Positions 32,098-41,976 of a DNA stretch of 64,000 bases are shown one piece after another (position 1 is the stretch's first letter; each line of letters opens with the position of its first letter). The stretch lies in IMG/VR virus record IMGVR_UViG_3300047471_000162, positions 1-64,000 of that record; one strand, written 5' to 3'. Made by a program: the position numbers and the translations under genes. The notes beneath the pieces were generated by a model, which had not been told where the DNA came from, made no database searches, and worked only from the letters and a program-made list of their open reading frames with translations. This DNA comes from a virus.

Positions 32098-34993
32098 TCG
32101 CGGTGGTTTAAAGCAACTCGGTGCGGGAGTTCCACCCAACGGAACTGCTAGTGGAGACCTATCCGGAACCTATCCTGCACCTTCAGTAACTACCACACAC
32201 TTAACAGCACCACTACCTGTTCTTCAAGGAGGGACAGGAAGTACTGTTACAAACTTTGTGGATCTTACAACTGATCAAACTATAGCTGGTACAAAAACTT
32301 TTACTACAAGAGTTATAGTTCCAATTCCTTCTAATACAACTGATGCTGCAACTAAGGGATATGCTGATGGTATCTCCGCAGGTATTTCTGTAAAGGCATC
32401 AGTAGCTGCGGGAACTACTACAGTACTACCAACTAATACCTACAATAATGGAACTATTGGGGTAGGTGCCACACTTACCGCCACTACTGCGGGTGTTCTA
32501 GTTATAGACGGCTATACAGTATTACTAAACGACAGAGTAATAGTAAAGAACGAAGTAGCACCTGTTAATAATGGAATCTACACAGTAACCACTTTAGGTA
32601 CTGTAAGCGTTCCTTACATATTAACTAGATCCACAGATATGAATACTCCAGCAAGTATCAATGGGGCAGCCACCTTTATAAATAATGGTTCAGTTAATAG
32701 AGGCTCTGGTTGGGTGGTCATAGCGGGTGGAACTTATGTTATTGGTACCACCGATATTAATTGGACTCAATTTACATCTCCAGGATTAATAAATGTAGGG
32801 ACAGGACTTACGCAAACGGGTAATACTATTAGCTTGGTCACTCCAGTTAATATTGGAAATCTACCAAACGCTACTACTTCTACCTCAGGGATAATAGAAC
32901 TAGCCGGGGATCTTTCTGGTATTAGTACTTTACCAACAGTAGTGAGTACTCATCTAGCTTCACCACTACCCTTGGCCCAAGGGGGGTTAGGTGCTATTAC
33001 CTCAGCTGGAGGTAGAACTACTCTTGGCTTAGGTTCATCAGCTATAGAGGACGTAAATACTACTAATATAAATATCGCAGCATTAGGTACACAATCCGCT
33101 GGAGCTGTAGGTCAAGTAGCCGACGCAGGTCATATTCATGCAATGCCTTCACTCGATCAGGTAAATGTACCAACTACAAATGTGTCAATGAATAGCCATA
33201 AGCTAACAAATTTGGCTAATGGTACAGCTTCTACAGATGCCGTAGCCTTCGGTCAACTTCCTACAACACTTCCACCGAATGGTGCCGCTGGCGGTGATTT
33301 AACAGGAACTTATCCAAATCCCACGCTAAGTGGAACTGCTAATGTTGAATCCATAATTCGAGCCAATAGATTAGACCAGTTAGCAGTACCTACTGTATCT
33401 GTCAGTATGAATAGTCAGAAACTTACTAATGTGGCTAACGGTACTTTAAGTACTGACGTCGCCACCTTTGGTCAGGTACCTACAACCCTCCCACCATCCG
33501 GTAGTGCTGGTGGGGATCTAGCAGGCACTTATCCTAACCCCACGCTGGCCAATACCTCTAACGTTCAAACAGTGGTGAGAACTAACCGTCTTGACCAAAT
33601 GGCAACACCTACAGCCGCTGTAAGTATGGGAAGTCAGAAACTTACTAGTTTAGCTAATGGGACAATAGCTACTGATGCTGCAACCTTTGGCCAAGTTCCT
33701 ACCACTCTTCCACCGAATGGCACAGCTGGTGGAGATCTCTCTGGAACTTACCCAGGGCCTACATTAGCTAATACAGCTAATGTGCAGACTATAGTAAGAA
33801 CTAATAGACTAGACCAAATGGCTATACCAACAGCATCAGTGAATCTAAATAGTCAAAAAATTACTTCATTAGCTAATGGTTCAGCGAACACTGATGCTGC
33901 CGCGTTTGGGCAGATTCCTACTACATTACCGCCCAACGGCTCAGCGGGCGGGGACCTTTCTGGAACGTACCCTAATCCCACCGTATCCAAGGTAACTGGT
34001 GTTGCTGTAACGGGTACTCCTGCTTATGGTGGAACTATACGAGCCACTAGTAGTTCAGCCGCTTCATGGATGGTTCTTCCATTATTTGCTAGCACTGGAA
34101 CGTTAACTGGTGGAGTGATGACCGTTAATGGTGGTAATCCTGCTGCCTTTGATATCACAGCAACCACCGCATTTATAGTGGACTACGTAACTACTCCAGC
34201 CACTCCAACTATTACCCCAGTAACTATAAATGCTCAAACAGTAACTCTGGGGGGATCACAAACTACGCAGATAGTTAACTGGTGGGTAGCCAATAGCTCT
34301 GGAGTAATTAGCTCTCTTACTGCACCACCTACACCAGTACAGCAGAGAACAATGGTTCGCCTTGGTGTAACTTTCTCAGCTACAGGAACTGGAAATATAT
34401 TCAGTATTATGACCGCTCCAGTAGTTCTTAATCAACCAACAGATTCTGTACATGGGCTAGCTTATGCCATAGGGACTCTAACTCTGGCTGGGAATCTAGT
34501 AACAGCTAATGGTGCTAATCTTAATATTAATAAGAGTTCGGGAACACTTCATGCATTTGGCTTTGGCTATGCGGCTAACGGAGCAAATAACCCTAATCTA
34601 GTTACTTCCCCAGCAGAAACTGCTGCAACTTTCCGACAGCTTACCCAAATAACTAATTCAGAATCATCAGCTACAACAACTTTTGATGCAAGCCATTGGG
34701 ATAATGCTGGAGTACTTACAACGATCTCAGGAGGGACTGCTTCTATCCATAGAGTATTTCTTATGCCTTCGGGTATAGCAGGATCCCAGATCTATATTCA
34801 ATATGGTCAGGCAACTTATGGAAACTTGGCAAATGCACTATCTGGAATACAAACTGAGGTCTTTACAGTTAATCCAGATCTTGGAGTCTATGGATGTTTA
34901 ATTGGCTATATAATTTCCACAGCTAATGCCACCACATTAAATAATGCTGGGCAGGCTACATTCGTACCTGCTGGTAAGTTTGCATTCCCATAA
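32090..34993 (+). CDS. Fibre or appendage protein with roughly 70-aa tandem repeats
   Basis: Repeated LPPNG.AGGDL.GTYPNPT...NRLDQ...QKLT.LANG...DAA.FGQ. Confidence 0.8.
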   Translation: MSNRGGLKQLGAGVPPNGTASGDLSGTYPAPSVTTTHLTAPLPVLQGGTGSTVTNFVDLTTDQTIAGTKTFTTRVIVPIPSNTTDAATKGYADGISAGISVKASVAAGTTTVLPTNTYNNGTIGVGATLTATTAGVLVIDGYTVLLNDRVIVKNEVAPVNNGIYTVTTLGTVSVPYILTRSTDMNTPASINGAATFINNGSVNRGSGWVVIAGGTYVIGTTDINWTQFTSPGLINVGTGLTQTGNTISLVTPVNIGNLPNATTSTSGIIELAGDLSGISTLPTVVSTHLASPLPLAQGGLGAITSAGGRTTLGLGSSAIEDVNTTNINIAALGTQSAGAVGQVADAGHIHAMPSLDQVNVPTTNVSMNSHKLTNLANGTASTDAVAFGQLPTTLPPNGAAGGDLTGTYPNPTLSGTANVESIIRANRLDQLAVPTVSVSMNSQKLTNVANGTLSTDVATFGQVPTTLPPSGSAGGDLAGTYPNPTLANTSNVQTVVRTNRLDQMATPTAAVSMGSQKLTSLANGTIATDAATFGQVPTTLPPNGTAGGDLSGTYPGPTLANTANVQTIVRTNRLDQMAIPTASVNLNSQKITSLANGSANTDAAAFGQIPTTLPPNGSAGGDLSGTYPNPTVSKVTGVAVTGTPAYGGTIRATSSSAASWMVLPLFASTGTLTGGVMTVNGGNPAAFDITATTAFIVDYVTTPATPTITPVTINAQTVTLGGSQTTQIVNWWVANSSGVISSLTAPPTPVQQRTMVRLGVTFSATGTGNIFSIMTAPVVLNQPTDSVHGLAYAIGTLTLAGNLVTANGANLNINKSSGTLHAFGFGYAANGANNPNLVTSPAETAATFRQLTQITNSESSATTTFDASHWDNAGVLTTISGGTASIHRVFLMPSGIAGSQIYIQYGQATYGNLANALSGIQTEVFTVNPDLGVYGCLIGYIISTANATTLNNAGQATFVPAGKFAFP

Positions 34994-35007
34994 AAAGGAG
35001 ACACATC

Positions 35008-35340
35008 ATGGCTTTTGATTTTTTTGTAGAAGATGAATCTGGTAATCTAACAACCAATCCGATGTTAGTGCACACCACAGCCACTACAAACTCTAGTGGT
35101 ATTTTTAATGTGGATATTACTGGTGCCGGATTGACACATGTTTATAGTGTCCACGCTACGGTAGTAGCCTCTAATAGCTCTCTATCTAATGCAGTAGGTA
35201 CTTCGATCTATACCTTTAACACAACTACTATTACTGGAATTGCTTATTCACCTACAGCGGCAGTCCTGGGTCTACTTGGAATTACTGCTGTAGGTTCTGG
35301 TCATATTGTCTATATAACTATTATCGGAGACCAGGTTTAA
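35008..35340 (+). CDS. Putative virion protein
   Basis: AAGGAG RBS. Confidence 0.7.
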   Translation: MAFDFFVEDESGNLTTNPMLVHTTATTNSSGIFNVDITGAGLTHVYSVHATVVASNSSLSNAVGTSIYTFNTTTITGIAYSPTAAVLGLLGITAVGSGHIVYITIIGDQV

Positions 35341-35400
35341 CTTATAATGTGGTAATCTTTATCCAGTGATATTAATTCGGCGAAATAGAAATGGACCAAT

Positions 35401-37122
35401 ATGTCAGCAATGACTTTCTACTCTCCATCAATGAGAGCCGCAGCATCAGACCTAGCAATTGCTATTAGCCCGCTAGGTCTAGTTGAGCTATCCGATGAAG
35501 AGTTTGAAATGCACGGTCCAAGATTAAATCGTTATGCCGAATACTGGGCTTGGTACTTAGGCCATCACTGGGGAACTCGTAGAGAGTTCGGAGACCCACA
35601 ACTTACCTTCAATTACATAAAGGCTTTTGCCGATTACATTAATAACTTCTGCTTCTCCAGAGGCATCGCTTTCGATACTGTCAAAGAATTCGACCACATC
35701 ATCCCTGCTCTCCTGAAGCGTATTTGGCAACAGGATAATAATATGAAGGCAGTAACGTGGGAGATGGGACAGCAAGGCGGTGTCTCTGGAGATTGTTTTA
35801 TTAAGGTTGCTTATGAACCCGCCTATCAAGATGAAGCAGAGAATTGGCACGCGGGAAGAGTAAGAATTCTTCCCCTTAATTCAGCCTTCTGTTTTCCTAC
35901 TTGGCATCCACACGACCGTGACAGACTATTAGAGTTCAAACTAAAGTATAGATTTTGGGGAACTAATACAGAAGGAACTAGATCTGTATATACCTATACA
36001 GAACTTATTCGATCTGATAGTATCCGCGAGTTTGTCAATGATGAACTAATTGATGAGCGACCTAATGTGTTAGGTGAAATTCCTATAGTACATATCGCTA
36101 ATCACCCAGCTTCTGGTTCCCCTTGGGGAATGTCAGATGTACAAGATCTTATTTCCCTGAATAGACAGTACAATGAAACTGCAACAGATATTGCAGATAT
36201 TGTTAATTACCACGCAGCTCCTATTACAGTTATTACTGGTGCCAAGCCAAGTCAGCTTGAAAAGGGAACCAACCGTGTATGGTCTATTGGAAATAAGGAT
36301 GTAGAAGTAAAGAACCTTGAGAACGGGGTGGATCTAGAAGGTCCACTCGAAGTTCTTAATACTCTCAAGGTCGCTATGCACGAGATGACTGGAGTTCCCG
36401 AGTCTGCACTTGGGCAGTCCCAGCCTATTTCTAATACCTCGGGTGTGGCCCTTTCTATTCAATTCTTCCCGCTTATGCAAAAGTTTGAGTTAAAGAAGAT
36501 ACAATATGGTAAGGGACTACAAAAAGTAAATGAGTTGGCTTTACGCACACTATTTATCTTTGAACCAGATGCAACACTTTATAATCCAGACACTGAAGGT
36601 ATTATCCAACCAGGTCAACCTTTCGCAATTAATGCAACAGATCCATTAGTTTACTTCAGCGATATAGACTGGCCTTCTCCACTACCCGTGGATAGACTAG
36701 TAAAGCTGAATGAAATTGCAGCAATGATGAATATGAATATGGAAAGTCGTAGAGGCGCGCTCAAGGACTTGGGAGAACAGTTCCCAGATGAGAAGCTTCA
36801 GGAAATCTATGATGAGCTACATGATGACGCCGTACGTGATGGTGCTCTACGTCTAACCAGAACTCAGATTGATTCAGTAATTCTCGCACTAACAGGTATG
36901 GTTCCAACTCCAGACGGTTCAGAACCTAATCCTAATGAGGTTCCACAGAGCGACGCAGAAGGTAATCCAAAGCCTACGCAAGCTGGTCCAGGAAATATGA
37001 GCATGGGTGATTTTAACCCTGAGCAGATGGATGGAGCAGGATCTATGCAGGCCCTACAGAACGCAGTCGTTCAGGCATACGGAACTAAGTTAGGTTCTCG
37101 CCAACTTCCTACGGATGACTAG
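35401..37122 (+). CDS. Portal protein
   Basis: Size and position; IPIVHIAN...G.SD...LI.L..QYN; SNTSGVAL (SPP1 gp6-like). Confidence 0.88.
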   Translation: MSAMTFYSPSMRAAASDLAIAISPLGLVELSDEEFEMHGPRLNRYAEYWAWYLGHHWGTRREFGDPQLTFNYIKAFADYINNFCFSRGIAFDTVKEFDHIIPALLKRIWQQDNNMKAVTWEMGQQGGVSGDCFIKVAYEPAYQDEAENWHAGRVRILPLNSAFCFPTWHPHDRDRLLEFKLKYRFWGTNTEGTRSVYTYTELIRSDSIREFVNDELIDERPNVLGEIPIVHIANHPASGSPWGMSDVQDLISLNRQYNETATDIADIVNYHAAPITVITGAKPSQLEKGTNRVWSIGNKDVEVKNLENGVDLEGPLEVLNTLKVAMHEMTGVPESALGQSQPISNTSGVALSIQFFPLMQKFELKKIQYGKGLQKVNELALRTLFIFEPDATLYNPDTEGIIQPGQPFAINATDPLVYFSDIDWPSPLPVDRLVKLNEIAAMMNMNMESRRGALKDLGEQFPDEKLQEIYDELHDDAVRDGALRLTRTQIDSVILALTGMVPTPDGSEPNPNEVPQSDAEGNPKPTQAGPGNMSMGDFNPEQMDGAGSMQALQNAVVQAYGTKLGSRQLPTDD

Positions 37123-37199
37123 TAAAATAGTAAACACTTAAGTAAATCGTATTCGGGACATATTCGGAAAACAACGAGCGAAATTTCTAGGAGATATAA

Positions 37200-38009
37200 A
37201 TGTCAGTTCCAGCGCAGCCGGGTATTATGCATACAGCAGATACTAATGGCGCACAGAGTTCGGCTCCCTCTCCAGCATCTTTTACACATGGTGCTAACGG
37301 CGAGAGAACTTTCACAGAAGCAGATATTGCTAATGCCAGAAAGCAGGAGAAGGACAAACTGTACTCTGAGATCGACGGTCTGAAGACTCAATGGGCACAG
37401 GCTCAGAAGTCCTTGGACTTAATCCAGGAGCAGCGTGATCAGGAAGCAGCTGAAAAGGTACGTATTCAGCAGGAGAAGGATGAAGCTCTTCAGGCCAAGA
37501 AGGATGATGAGATGTCTGCAAAGCAATTGCTTGAGACAAAGTTACGCGAGACTAATGACACATGGGAAGAGCGTTTTAGTAAGTTACAGGCAGAGCGCGA
37601 TCAAGAGAGAGCATTGGCTGATAAGGAGCGCGCTTACAATGAACTTGTTGACTATCGCAATGGGCGACTAGCCGAGAGTTTTGAACTGAAGGAAATTGCT
37701 CCACAATTCCAGAACTTCATTACGGGCGATAGTAAGGAACAGATTGATGCGGCAATTGAGCAGGCAAAGATTGCTACAGCATCTATCGAAGCAGAACTTG
37801 CACAGGCAGCTCAGAATAGAGCCCAGCAGGTTCGTGGTGTATCTCCTACAGGTTACGCTGCACTTGGTCCATTAGAGGGTGCCATGGGGCAGAAGTCCTA
37901 TACACCTGAAGAGATCAATAACATGTCCATGAAGGAATATGCAGAATTCCGCCAGAAGACTGGACTGGCCTCTTCAGAGGCTCGTAGAAGTCAAGGGTTA
38001 TTTGGTTAA
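37200..38009 (+). CDS. Capsid scaffolding protein
   Basis: Coiled coil; FTEADI..ARKQEKDKLY; upstream of the capsid gene. Confidence 0.8.
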   Translation: MSVPAQPGIMHTADTNGAQSSAPSPASFTHGANGERTFTEADIANARKQEKDKLYSEIDGLKTQWAQAQKSLDLIQEQRDQEAAEKVRIQQEKDEALQAKKDDEMSAKQLLETKLRETNDTWEERFSKLQAERDQERALADKERAYNELVDYRNGRLAESFELKEIAPQFQNFITGDSKEQIDAAIEQAKIATASIEAELAQAAQNRAQQVRGVSPTGYAALGPLEGAMGQKSYTPEEINNMSMKEYAEFRQKTGLASSEARRSQGLFG

Positions 38010-38443
38010 TGGATACTTTACAATGTAGTAGTTGTAAAGAATATAAAGATCTAAAAGGCTTTCATAGTAGTTCTAATAACAGGGGCTATGACTATCGCTG
38101 TAAGGACTGCAAAGAGTCTAAAAGAAAACAAAGATTACTAGACGACCCCGAAAATATTCGAGAACGTCTAAAATTAAATACTAGAAGATGGCGCCTTGCC
38201 AATGAGTACGGTATTTCAGAGGTAGAGTGGTTCGCCATATTTACTCAGCAAGATGGTCAGTGTGCTATATGTTTTAAACAGTTTGATCATCCCGAACAAA
38301 TGCGAGTGGACCACAATCACGCCACAGGCGCTATACGTGAGCTACTTTGTAACAACTGTAATGCAGGTATCGGAATGCTTGCAGAGGATACGGATAGGCT
38401 ACTAAGCGCCGTACAATATCTTATAAAACACTCTATACATTGA
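38009..38443 (+). CDS. Endonuclease VII-type homing endonuclease
   Basis: YGI.....Q.G.CAIC...VDHNHATG.IR.LLC..CN.GIG. Confidence 0.9.
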   Translation: MDTLQCSSCKEYKDLKGFHSSSNNRGYDYRCKDCKESKRKQRLLDDPENIRERLKLNTRRWRLANEYGISEVEWFAIFTQQDGQCAICFKQFDHPEQMRVDHNHATGAIRELLCNNCNAGIGMLAEDTDRLLSAVQYLIKHSIH

Positions 38444-38452
38444 GAGGTTCAC

Positions 38453-39490
38453 ATGGCAGGTTCAGCCATTACTGGGACACCGAATATCACCGGTTCCCCA
38501 ACATCTTATCCAGGTGGAGCAACAGCTCTTTCCCCAGCAATTCAAACAATCTGGTCAAAAGAAATTTTGTTTCAGGCAATGCCGATTTTGCGTTTTGAAC
38601 AATTCGCTGTAAAGAAGACAGAGCTCGGAGTTACACCCGGTCTTACAATTAACTTCATGCGTTACAACAACTTGGGTCGCGCAACTCAGCTTGTTGAAGG
38701 TATCCGCATGCAGACTAACTCCCTAACAGCTTCTCAGTTCTCTATTACTGTAGCTGAGCAGGGATATGCTGTAGCTGTTTCTGAGCTACTTCTAAACGCA
38801 GCCTTCGATGATGTTATGGCCTCTGCTTCTCGTCTACTTGGACGTAACATGGCCACCTACCTGGACGAGTCTGCACGAAACACTCTACTTCAGGCATCTT
38901 CACAGATCTATGGTTACCAGAAGGATTCCGGTCCTCTTAATAACCAGATGTACTACAACATTGGTACACCAGGTACAAGCAATGCATCTATGACAGGTGA
39001 CTTCAATCTTACAAGTCAGACCGTATACGATGCCGTAGAAACTTTGGCCACCAAGAATGTACCCCGTTTGGGAGAGACATATGTATGTTTCGTACACCCA
39101 CACCAGTCAAGATGGTTGAGAAATGATCCTCAATTTATTGAGATGACAAAGTATGCTTCGCCTGGTAACTTTATGTTAGGTGAAATTGGCCGACTAAACG
39201 ATGTAGTATTTATAGAAACTACTCAAGTTAGAAATGTCCAGAATGGTGCTGGAGCTGGTTGGACAACAGATACTACAACCGGTGGAGTAACAACTGGTAA
39301 TGGTTCTGCTAGCCGTTATGATTCTATTTTCATTGGTGACAATGCATTCGGTCATGCTATTTCTCTACCCGTTGAATTACGCGATGGCGGAATCCTAGAC
39401 TTCGGACGCGAACATGCTTTGGCGTGGTACGCAATTTGGGGATTTGGTCTAATTACTGATATCTCTGTAGTAATTGCATCTACTAACTAA
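38453..39490 (+). CDS. Major capsid protein (N4-gp56-like family)
   Basis: Position after scaffold; YVCFVHPHQ...GEIG...VVFIET; followed by a terminator. Confidence 0.9.
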   Translation: MAGSAITGTPNITGSPTSYPGGATALSPAIQTIWSKEILFQAMPILRFEQFAVKKTELGVTPGLTINFMRYNNLGRATQLVEGIRMQTNSLTASQFSITVAEQGYAVAVSELLLNAAFDDVMASASRLLGRNMATYLDESARNTLLQASSQIYGYQKDSGPLNNQMYYNIGTPGTSNASMTGDFNLTSQTVYDAVETLATKNVPRLGETYVCFVHPHQSRWLRNDPQFIEMTKYASPGNFMLGEIGRLNDVVFIETTQVRNVQNGAGAGWTTDTTTGGVTTGNGSASRYDSIFIGDNAFGHAISLPVELRDGGILDFGREHALAWYAIWGFGLITDISVVIASTN

Positions 39491-39504
39491 TTAGCTTTAT
39501 TAAT

Positions 39505-39545
39505 ACTCCCTCCTTGGTGCTCCCCTCACCGGGAGGGAGTTTTTA
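39505..39545 (+). terminator. Intrinsic terminator after the capsid gene
   Basis: ACTCCCTCC...GGAGGGAGT followed by TTTTT. Confidence 0.85.
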
Positions 39546-39569
39546 TTAATACATATACGAGACATAATT

Positions 39570-39956
39570 TTGGAGAATAGAATGCCACCAGCACGTAAGA
39601 GAGCAGGAGACCTAACGGGTATTGAGCAGCAGCGTTTGCTCAAGGAGAATGCTGAAGAGCTTAAGAAGCGTCAGCATGAGATTGCCCTGATGGCTGAGCT
39701 TGAAGAGGAAATGAATGAAGTTCCGATTGACTATACTGAGGGTCCAACTCCAGTAGTTCAGAATGATGTAGAGGATACAGAGATTCTTCTTGAGTCTCCT
39801 ACTCGTGTAATCATTCCAAATACAACACTAGAGCAAATGACTTTCGGCGCGGGTAAGCACTACACCTTTGAAGAAGGAAAGAAGTACACTGTTCCTGTAG
39901 AACTTGCACGTCATCTATCATCGAAGGGCCTTCTTTGGGAAGGCGGATACCGCTAA
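39570..39956 (+). CDS. Hypothetical head-module protein
   Basis: ORF; start probably MPPARK. Confidence 0.75.
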   Translation: MENRMPPARKRAGDLTGIEQQRLLKENAEELKKRQHEIALMAELEEEMNEVPIDYTEGPTPVVQNDVEDTEILLESPTRVIIPNTTLEQMTFGAGKHYTFEEGKKYTVPVELARHLSSKGLLWEGGYR

Positions 39957-39970
39957 GAAAGGCTTTATAA

Positions 39971-40423
39971 ATGTCTAGTAGCTTTACAGATACTACGGAT
40001 AGAGCCCTGTTGAACTACTTGACAGGAACTTCTCTAGGTGGTTGGACTCCACCAACGACTACATACGTTATGCTGCTGACTGCCAATCCAGCGCTTACTG
40101 CATCTATTCCTACTGATCCAACACTAGCTGAACTACCAGAGTTAAGCGCTGCGGGATACAGCAGACAGATTGCAACATGGTCTTCCTCCACTACACCTAC
40201 TGGTGGGATTAGCCAGATTAAGAATAATAACTTATTGACCTTCGGACCCTTTACAGCTCCTTCGGGTTCTGGTACCGCTACAACATATGGTGCTTTAGTA
40301 AATGTAGCCTCAGGAACTTCTGGTGAAGTATTTTCAATATGGTCTTGGGACAATCCAGTGCTAGCTCCACAGAACCAATCTATTACTATCCCGATTGGTA
40401 ATCTAGTCTTCACACAACAATAG
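39971..40423 (+). CDS. Virion structural protein
   Basis: Y..L.T..P...GYSRQ...W...N...TF pattern. Confidence 0.7.
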   Translation: MSSSFTDTTDRALLNYLTGTSLGGWTPPTTTYVMLLTANPALTASIPTDPTLAELPELSAAGYSRQIATWSSSTTPTGGISQIKNNNLLTFGPFTAPSGSGTATTYGALVNVASGTSGEVFSIWSWDNPVLAPQNQSITIPIGNLVFTQQ

Positions 40424-40425
40424 GA

Positions 40426-41256
40426 ATGCCAATGACACTAACTACTCAAGATGTTATTTCTCGTGTGCGAGTAGAGCTAGGAGATACTGGAGCACCTTTC
40501 TCTGATATGTTCTTGGGAACTGGGTTAGTGTCTCAGTACGACTTAACTGATTTCAATATCTGGAATGTGACAGTGACTTGGATTAAGAACCAAGTCCCTG
40601 TCCTTCTAGTAGAACACACAGATTATAATCTTAATAGACAGGAAGGTAGAATCTTCCTACAAGGAGCACCAGCGCCTCTTCCACAAGGAGATACCTTAAT
40701 AATCTCCGGTCAAGCTGGTGGAATGTTCTCTGATGATGAACTAACTATGTTTATTAATGACGCAGTTACTCAGCACACTTTGGGAAGAACAGCAAAGACT
40801 CGCTTCAAAGATTCATATGGTTTCGTTCGCTATATAGACGTTCCAATGGATCTAGCTAATCTTCCTCAAGTAGAGGGAGTACTTATAGCTATGCGTGCGT
40901 CAATAGAAGCGTTGTGGGCATTGGCTACAGATGCTAGCACTGATATCGATATCTCCAGCGCAGACGGAACTACCGTTCCTCGCTCTGAAAGATATAGACA
41001 GTTACGCCAACAGATCGATGGTATGACTGATAGATATAATCAGCTTTGTAATATGCTTAATGTGGGACTTAACCGCATTGAGATGTCTAAGATTCGTAGA
41101 GTATCTAGAACTACTAATCGTCTTGTTCCTATCTTCAAGGATAGAGAGTACGACGACTACGCACTACCGCAGCGTCAACTACCTCCAATTGACGCACAGA
41201 ATCCAGACACTTCCAATATTCCTTCACCGATTTTTGGTGGTATGTGGGGTCTATAA
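40426..41256 (+). CDS. Head-tail adaptor-like protein
   Basis: VRVELGD...FSDDEL..F motif; position. Confidence 0.65.
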   Translation: MPMTLTTQDVISRVRVELGDTGAPFSDMFLGTGLVSQYDLTDFNIWNVTVTWIKNQVPVLLVEHTDYNLNRQEGRIFLQGAPAPLPQGDTLIISGQAGGMFSDDELTMFINDAVTQHTLGRTAKTRFKDSYGFVRYIDVPMDLANLPQVEGVLIAMRASIEALWALATDASTDIDISSADGTTVPRSERYRQLRQQIDGMTDRYNQLCNMLNVGLNRIEMSKIRRVSRTTNRLVPIFKDREYDDYALPQRQLPPIDAQNPDTSNIPSPIFGGMWGL

Positions 41257-41271
41257 ACCAAGGAGATTTAC

Positions 41272-41946
41272 ATGGGACGTATCGGTTGGAAGGGTGGCCG
41301 CTTCAATGTGGACTACGAAACCTCCGAAATCTACAGAGGACTACGCGATTGGCAGCGATGGACTGGCGACAAAGTCAACTACTATCGCTTTGCTTACGAG
41401 CAGTCCTCTGTAGATCCCACGTATAAAGAACCAATGGCTCCTAGTGGAAGAGTTTACTTCGGACCAAACTTGGTTCCAGCCTTACACGTTATTCATGTGG
41501 AAGGTGATAATCAGAATGGCACTCAGGGTTTCTATTACAATGATGAAGCCCATATCACAATGTCATTCGATCAGATTAATCGCCTAGGTATTGGTGCTCC
41601 CAATATAACTACACAGACTCAGAATTATCTTAAGGATAGATTTGAGTATCGTGGAAAAATTTATAGAGTCACCAATATTCAGATACTTGGGCAGATACAA
41701 AGAAAGCCCATCATCATTACGATTGACGGGTCTCAGGTGAAGCCAGAAGAAATGGTTAATGATATTCAGTTTGCGCAGTATGCTCAGGATGCGGTATTCC
41801 CACTGGGTTACGTGCCCAATAACACATTACCTGCCCCTATGTCTAAGGAAATTAAGCAGGTATTCCCGGTACTCCACGGACCACAGCCAAATATCCAGGA
41901 GCCTTATGGAGATGGTCCTTACAGTTCTGGTCCTTACGGTGGATAA
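41272..41946 (+). CDS. Head-closure or neck protein
   Basis: DRFEYRGKIYRV; position. Confidence 0.6.
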   Translation: MGRIGWKGGRFNVDYETSEIYRGLRDWQRWTGDKVNYYRFAYEQSSVDPTYKEPMAPSGRVYFGPNLVPALHVIHVEGDNQNGTQGFYYNDEAHITMSFDQINRLGIGAPNITTQTQNYLKDRFEYRGKIYRVTNIQILGQIQRKPIIITIDGSQVKPEEMVNDIQFAQYAQDAVFPLGYVPNNTLPAPMSKEIKQVFPVLHGPQPNIQEPYGDGPYSSGPYGG

Positions 41947-41976
41947 CTACATCAAAGAATACGGTGGTGCTAAGTA

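Noticed and set aside
38009-38443. Group I intron around the Endo VII gene
   Set aside because: The scaffold and capsid ORFs look complete and abut the endonuclease, leaving no room for an intron core; it is treated as free-standing
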